A DNA stretch of 11,466 bases, taken from an uncultured archaeon (GTDB taxonomy: Archaea; Asgardarchaeota; Lokiarchaeia; Sigyniarchaeales; SOKP01). Numbering within the stretch: position 1 is the first letter of the stretch; the number at the start of each line of letters is the position of its first letter. The notes under the pieces were generated by a model. That model did no database searches and was not told where the DNA came from. It saw only the letters and a list, made by a program, of their open reading frames with translations. The stretch lies in contig CAZOYD010000089.1 in NCBI GenBank assembly GCA_964583985.1, forward strand, positions 1 to 11,466. The letters are read 5' to 3'. The position numbers and the translations under genes are program-made. This document shows, piece after piece, positions 7,457-11,466 of the stretch.

Positions 7457-8641
7457 TTACTGAGAACTTAATACCTTTTTATAGAGGTTGTAATGAGATT
7501 TAGCAGCCTTTTCCCAAGTATAATGTTCCTTTACTCTATTAAGACCGTTCTTACCCATTTGGATCAATTTCGTGTTATCCTCCAAAAGATGGAGTGTCAT
7601 TTCGGACAGTTTTTTGAGGTCTCTAAAGTCAGAAGTATAGCCTGTCTTCCCATTTACAATAATTTCACTTGGTCCCATTATGTCCGATCCGATAACTGGT
7701 TTTCCACAAGCCATGGCTTCTACCAAGACCAATCCAAAAATTTCTTGTCGTGAAGGATAAATGACCAAATCTGCCATGGAATAATATTTTGCAAGATCTA
7801 ATTTATTCACAAATCCGATCAAAAAAACGTGTTCATTTAAATGGAGATTATTGATGAGTGATTTAACTATTGGTAGATATCCCGCATCATTACCGACGAT
7901 AACCAATTTTACATCCATTTTTTCTCTTCTTAAATCTGCCAGGATTTTCACCAACTTATCCACGCCCTTACCTTTTGCGATCCGCCCGACATATAGTATG
8001 ATTTTTGAGCCTTCTATTCCAAGAGCCTTTTTAAGATTACTTGAATCTACTGGTTTAAAGATATCGAGATTCACCCCATGTGGTATGAAATGCACGTGAT
8101 CTTCATCAACGCCTAAATCTTTTATTAACGGGATCTCCATTTTGGTTACAGCAATATAATGAGGTGTTATGAATTTCCTGAGGTATCCTATAGTTTTATC
8201 CGAGATCATTTTTGGGATTTTATCCCTGTAATCCCAGTTTATGGAAATTCCGCCATGTGGGGAGATGATAAATGGCTTTTTTTTTGCGAGAGAAATGATG
8301 GCTCCCAGATCTTCGGGATAGCTTCTTAAGGCGTGAGAATGGATGATATCGATATCTTTTTCGTGTTTAACCATGTATGGAAACATTTCAAATGAGATCC
8401 TATATTCTTTGAATCGAATGAACGAATGAAAACGGAAAATTTCAAAATGGGAAAATTTTTTCTCATAAAATTCCGTATATTTCCTTCCATACTTCTTAAT
8501 CGATGCCGTGGTGAATACTTTGGCGGAGACTCCATAATTTTCCAAGAAGGGCACGATATCCATGATAACGTTATATGGACCTCCTAATTGACCAGTAAAA
8601 AAAGGGGTTAACATTGCCACTTTTATCATTTTTCTCATCAC
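7457..8641 (-). CDS. Glycosyltransferase family 4
   Basis: KVAMLTPFF...GGP, IIHSH, ISPHG, IPHGV, YVGRIAKGKG, PSRQEIFGLVLVEAMACGKPVI. The exact start Met is uncertain (M1, M2 or M5). Confidence 0.95.
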   Translation of the reverse strand: MMRKMIKVAMLTPFFTGQLGGPYNVIMDIVPFLENYGVSAKVFTTASIKKYGRKYTEFYEKKFSHFEIFRFHSFIRFKEYRISFEMFPYMVKHEKDIDIIHSHALRSYPEDLGAIISLAKKKPFIISPHGGISINWDYRDKIPKMISDKTIGYLRKFITPHYIAVTKMEIPLIKDLGVDEDHVHFIPHGVNLDIFKPVDSSNLKKALGIEGSKIILYVGRIAKGKGVDKLVKILADLRREKMDVKLVIVGNDAGYLPIVKSLINNLHLNEHVFLIGFVNKLDLAKYYSMADLVIYPSRQEIFGLVLVEAMACGKPVIGSDIMGPSEIIVNGKTGYTSDFRDLKKLSEMTLHLLEDNTKLIQMGKNGLNRVKEHYTWEKAAKSHYNLYKKVLSSQ

Positions 8642-8661
8642 TATTTAATTATAATTAGAGT

Positions 8662-9867
8662 TCATGCTTTTCTCATGACATCGATTATTATTTTCTTGAA
8701 TCGATTTATTAAAATTGGCCAAGCATAATTATTTTTTACAAATTCATAACCAAGAAGACCTCTTTGCTTAAGTTCGTCCTTTTTACTTGCTAATTCGCCA
8801 ATTTTTGTAATCAAGTCATCTAAATTCTTTGAAAATATGACATCACTATAATTTTTAAGCTCCAAGACAACAGAAGGTAAGCTATTAGATAACACAGGTT
8901 TTTTCATTGCCATGTATTCGAAAATTTTAATTGGAACGATTTCTTTGGTGATTGCATTTATTCTAAAGCTTAATAAGCATAAATCCGCCAATTCAATGTA
9001 CTCTGCTATCTCAAAGAATGGCACTCTTCCTGTTAAAATGACCCAATTTGCGTCATTCATTTTTATGTAATTACTAAGAGAATTATATATCCCTCCATCT
9101 CCTAAAATTACAAATTTTAATCTTATCTTTCCAGACTTGACTTCATCATTATAATAATCGATGATTTCTTGTAATCCCGCAAAATCATAGAGATAGCCCA
9201 TGAAGAAGATTACGAAATCATCCTTAGTAATGGAGAATTTTGATTTCAGATTCTCATATTTTTGCAAATCGATTTCAGTATTTTTTAATGTAATACCATC
9301 TGGTAAGATCTTCACTCTATCAGGTTTGGATCCATCGTTGATTACAAATCTCTGTTGAAATTTGGTGTGAACTAAGACTTGATTAGCATTTTTCAAAAGG
9401 ATTTGGCAAACAATTCTTGCAAATCCCTGAACATAAGATATAGGGACCAGTTGGTGCAAGATATCAATATAAAAAAAAATAAATGGAATATTAAATATTT
9501 TTGAAAAAATCAACCCAATCATACCGTTGGTTATGGAAAACCCAACAATCAGATCTGGTTTGTTATTCCGAATGATTTTAAATATCTGAAAGAAATTAGT
9601 GATTAATGCTGAAATTCTTCGCATAAAAGGAACTTTCAAATGAGCAGTTCTAATGATCTCCACGCGTGAATTTTCAACAGCTCGATGGATATTTTTATAG
9701 ACATGTTTCTTGATCAATTTTGAATCTGAACGCATGATATTATCCATGTCATAATCAAGCACTTGGATGTTTATCGCCGGATTTAATGATAAGGATTCAA
9801 ATACATGATGCTGAGTATGAGGCCCTCTTATTAACCAGTCAGTTTCTTGAAGTACAAGTATGTTCAT
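8662..9867 (-). CDS. Glycosyltransferase family 4 (WbuB-like subgroup)
   Basis: ILPDG, FFMGYL, LGDG, TGRVP, and PIKIFEYMAMKKPV (the PxKxxEYMA variant typical of GT4_WbuB-like proteins). Confidence 0.9.
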   Translation of the reverse strand: MNILVLQETDWLIRGPHTQHHVFESLSLNPAINIQVLDYDMDNIMRSDSKLIKKHVYKNIHRAVENSRVEIIRTAHLKVPFMRRISALITNFFQIFKIIRNNKPDLIVGFSITNGMIGLIFSKIFNIPFIFFYIDILHQLVPISYVQGFARIVCQILLKNANQVLVHTKFQQRFVINDGSKPDRVKILPDGITLKNTEIDLQKYENLKSKFSITKDDFVIFFMGYLYDFAGLQEIIDYYNDEVKSGKIRLKFVILGDGGIYNSLSNYIKMNDANWVILTGRVPFFEIAEYIELADLCLLSFRINAITKEIVPIKIFEYMAMKKPVLSNSLPSVVLELKNYSDVIFSKNLDDLITKIGELASKKDELKQRGLLGYEFVKNNYAWPILINRFKKIIIDVMRKA

Positions 9868-9890
9868 TGAAATATTCTCTTTTCACTACA

Positions 9891-9903
9891 ATTATATCTT
9901 CAG
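9891..9903 (-). promoter_or_regulatory. Candidate TATA-like element for the GT4-GT4-methyltransferase operon
   Basis: The minus strand reads CTGAAGATATAAT with the TATA part about 24-30 nt upstream of ATG 9867, which fits a (near-)leaderless archaeal transcript. Downstream intergenic gaps of 20 and 43 nt suggest an operon. Confidence 0.25.
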
Positions 9904-10130
9904 AATGTGTGATTTTTTGAATTAACTATTCCCTATTAACTTAATCAAGCTAACAGCATATCACATTATTAGGAAAATCGTATTTAACTTATAAAAAGAC
10001 CCAATTTATTTAAAAGTTCATGTACAATTTCAAAGATATAAGTTTTTTACCCAAAAATAATTATAGGTTATTAATAATTGTATTTGTAATTCTTAGAAGA
10101 TAACCAAAACGATATTCTTGATGATTTGTG

Positions 10131-11466
10131 ATGATAAATAGAGTTCTCATTATTGGAGGATTAGGGTATATAGGTAGCGTGCTTTATGAAATAATTACTA
10201 AAGAAGGTTGGCACGTGGATATTCTTGATAATCATTTGTATAGTGATTTAGTACCTGTTAATCCTTATATTGATGGAGATGTAAGGAATAAAAAAGTTTT
10301 AGAGAAATATGTCCCAGATTATGATGTGATCGTGAATTTAGCAGCAATTGTGGGAGATCCTGCTTGTTTAACAGACACCAATCTTGCAATAGACATTAAT
10401 TGTATTGGTACAAGAAATGTGGCAGAAGTTTGCAAGATTCATAAAAAAAAAATTGTTCATGTTAGTACGTGCAGTATTTATGGAAGTGAACCTAATAGAG
10501 TTGTCAAGGAAGAAAATGAAGGTTTTCCAATTGATTTTTATGGACAAACAAAATATACTCAAGAACGCATCGTAAGGGAAGTAAATAGTGATAATTATTG
10601 CGTTTTACGATTAGGGACTGCTTTTGGGTTGTCTCCAAGAATGCGGTATGATTTAGTAGTAAATACTTTTGCAGCCCGAGCTGTAAGATTTAATGAAATT
10701 ACGGTTTTTGGGGGTCAACAAGAACGTCCATTTGTTCATATAAGAGATATTTCAAGAGCAATTGTTCACGTTATCAAAAATGATTTAAAAGGAATTTACA
10801 ACGTTAGAGGAGAAAATTTAAGTTTAATAAAACTCAGTGAAATTGTGAGAGATTTGACAGGATGCGTCGTTAAAATTGATACAAATATTGTTGATAATAG
10901 AAGTTACATGGTAGATAATTCTAAAATGATTAATACTGGTTTTGAATTTAAGTATTTTATTTCTGATGCCGTGAAAGAGATAAAAGATTCTCCTACTATT
11001 ACTGATTTTCATAAAGGAATTTATTCAAATTTAAAATTAGCAGAACGAGTAAAAATCTCAAAAACTATTGGAGCTCGAGATATCGCGTTAATAGACGGAG
11101 GAATGGCTGTTGATGATAGGGGATCGTTATCATTCGTTAATGATTATAATTTTTATGGAGTAAAGCGATTTTATCAAGTCAAAAACTTTTCAACGAATAC
11201 CATTAGAGCTTTTCATGGTCACTTGAGAGAGGCAAAGTACGTTTATGTCGCAGAAGGATCAGCAATAGTGGCTGCAGTTAAATTGGATAATGTTGAACAT
11301 CCTTCAAAGAAGGAAAAAGTCCATCGGTACGTACTTTCGGACAAGAAACCTCAAATTTTATTCATACCTCCAAAATATGCAAACGGTTTTAGACCTTTGG
11401 AAGAAAACACCAGAATTCTTTTCTTTTCAACAGCTTCTTTAGAGGAAAGTAAAGGAGATGATTATC
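10131..11466 (+). CDS. 3'-truncated fusion protein: extended SDR (NAD-dependent epimerase/dehydratase family) plus C-terminal cupin (RmlC/FdtA/WxcM-like NDP-keto-sugar epimerase/isomerase); absent from the supplied ORF track
   Basis: Manual translation from ATG 10131 (in-frame TGA at 10122) is open for 445 codons to the window end. It contains GGLGYIG, NLAAIVGDPAC, STCSIYG, YGQTK (10539-10553) and LRLGTAFGLSPRMRYDLVVN, followed without a stop by LIDGG..VDDRGSLSF, KRFYQV, IRAFHGH (11202-11222) and LFIPPKYANGF. Confidence 0.93.
   Translation, partial: MINRVLIIGGLGYIGSVLYEIITKEGWHVDILDNHLYSDLVPVNPYIDGDVRNKKVLEKYVPDYDVIVNLAAIVGDPACLTDTNLAIDINCIGTRNVAEVCKIHKKKIVHVSTCSIYGSEPNRVVKEENEGFPIDFYGQTKYTQERIVREVNSDNYCVLRLGTAFGLSPRMRYDLVVNTFAARAVRFNEITVFGGQQERPFVHIRDISRAIVHVIKNDLKGIYNVRGENLSLIKLSEIVRDLTGCVVKIDTNIVDNRSYMVDNSKMINTGFEFKYFISDAVKEIKDSPTITDFHKGIYSNLKLAERVKISKTIGARDIALIDGGMAVDDRGSLSFVNDYNFYGVKRFYQVKNFSTNTIRAFHGHLREAKYVYVAEGSAIVAAVKLDNVEHPSKKEKVHRYVLSDKKPQILFIPPKYANGFRPLEENTRILFFSTASLEESKGDDY

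Noticed and set aside
9908-9965. TGTGA...TCACA CRP-like half sites
   Set aside because: Spacing is about 48 nt rather than 6.
10443-10452. A10 tract in the SDR gene (also 8-9 nt A/T tracts at 529, 5582, 8277 and 9471) as phase-variation sites
   Set aside because: All frames are intact, and such runs (Lys/Phe codons) are expected at this AT content; there is no evidence of slippage without read data.
59-11012. Short listed ORFs (59..325, 401..592, 1062..1340, 5049..5303, 5721..6005, 7493..7753, 7851..8099, 8326..8535, 10368..10562, 10824..11012)
   Set aside because: All overlap longer, motif-supported genes, either antisense or in another frame, and show no recognisable motifs; treated as shadow ORFs.
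11097-11105. GGAGG immediately before an internal ATG (11103) as a separate start for the cupin
   Set aside because: The spacing is only 1 nt, the Gly-Gly codons belong to the cupin N-terminal motif, and other genes here lack Shine-Dalgarno sites.
1-11466. CRISPR array, tRNA/rRNA, insertion sequence or defence system
   Set aside because: No regularly spaced repeats, no GC-rich structured RNA-like segments and no transposase/nuclease motifs. The methyltransferases lack DNA-methyltransferase motifs (DPPY/NPPY, PC).

Overview
AT-rich (roughly 25-37% GC by eye) prokaryotic surface-glycan biosynthesis cluster. It is probably archaeal (TTG starts, no clear Shine-Dalgarno sites, oligo-T terminators, TATA-like boxes), but that is an inference. 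From left to right: the 3' end of a degenerate MDR-type oxidoreductase (+), a FkbM methyltransferase (-), a GT4 glycosyltransferase (-), a Wzx/MOP flippase (-), a COG3379-type alkaline-phosphatase-superfamily enzyme (+), a two-domain protein with a ParB/Srx-like domain fused to a WbdD-like methyltransferase (-), and two more GT4s (-). A long ORF missing from the supplied track (10131 to the window end, +) encodes an extended SDR fused to a cupin sugar epimerase/isomerase. The best leads are (i) a possible glycan methyl-phosphate capping module (WbdD-like methyltransferase fused to a ParB/Srx-like domain, abutting an AlkP enzyme) and (ii) the Cj1427-like SDR-cupin fusion. No RNA genes, CRISPR arrays or mobile elements were seen. 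Family comparisons are from recalled motifs, not database searches.
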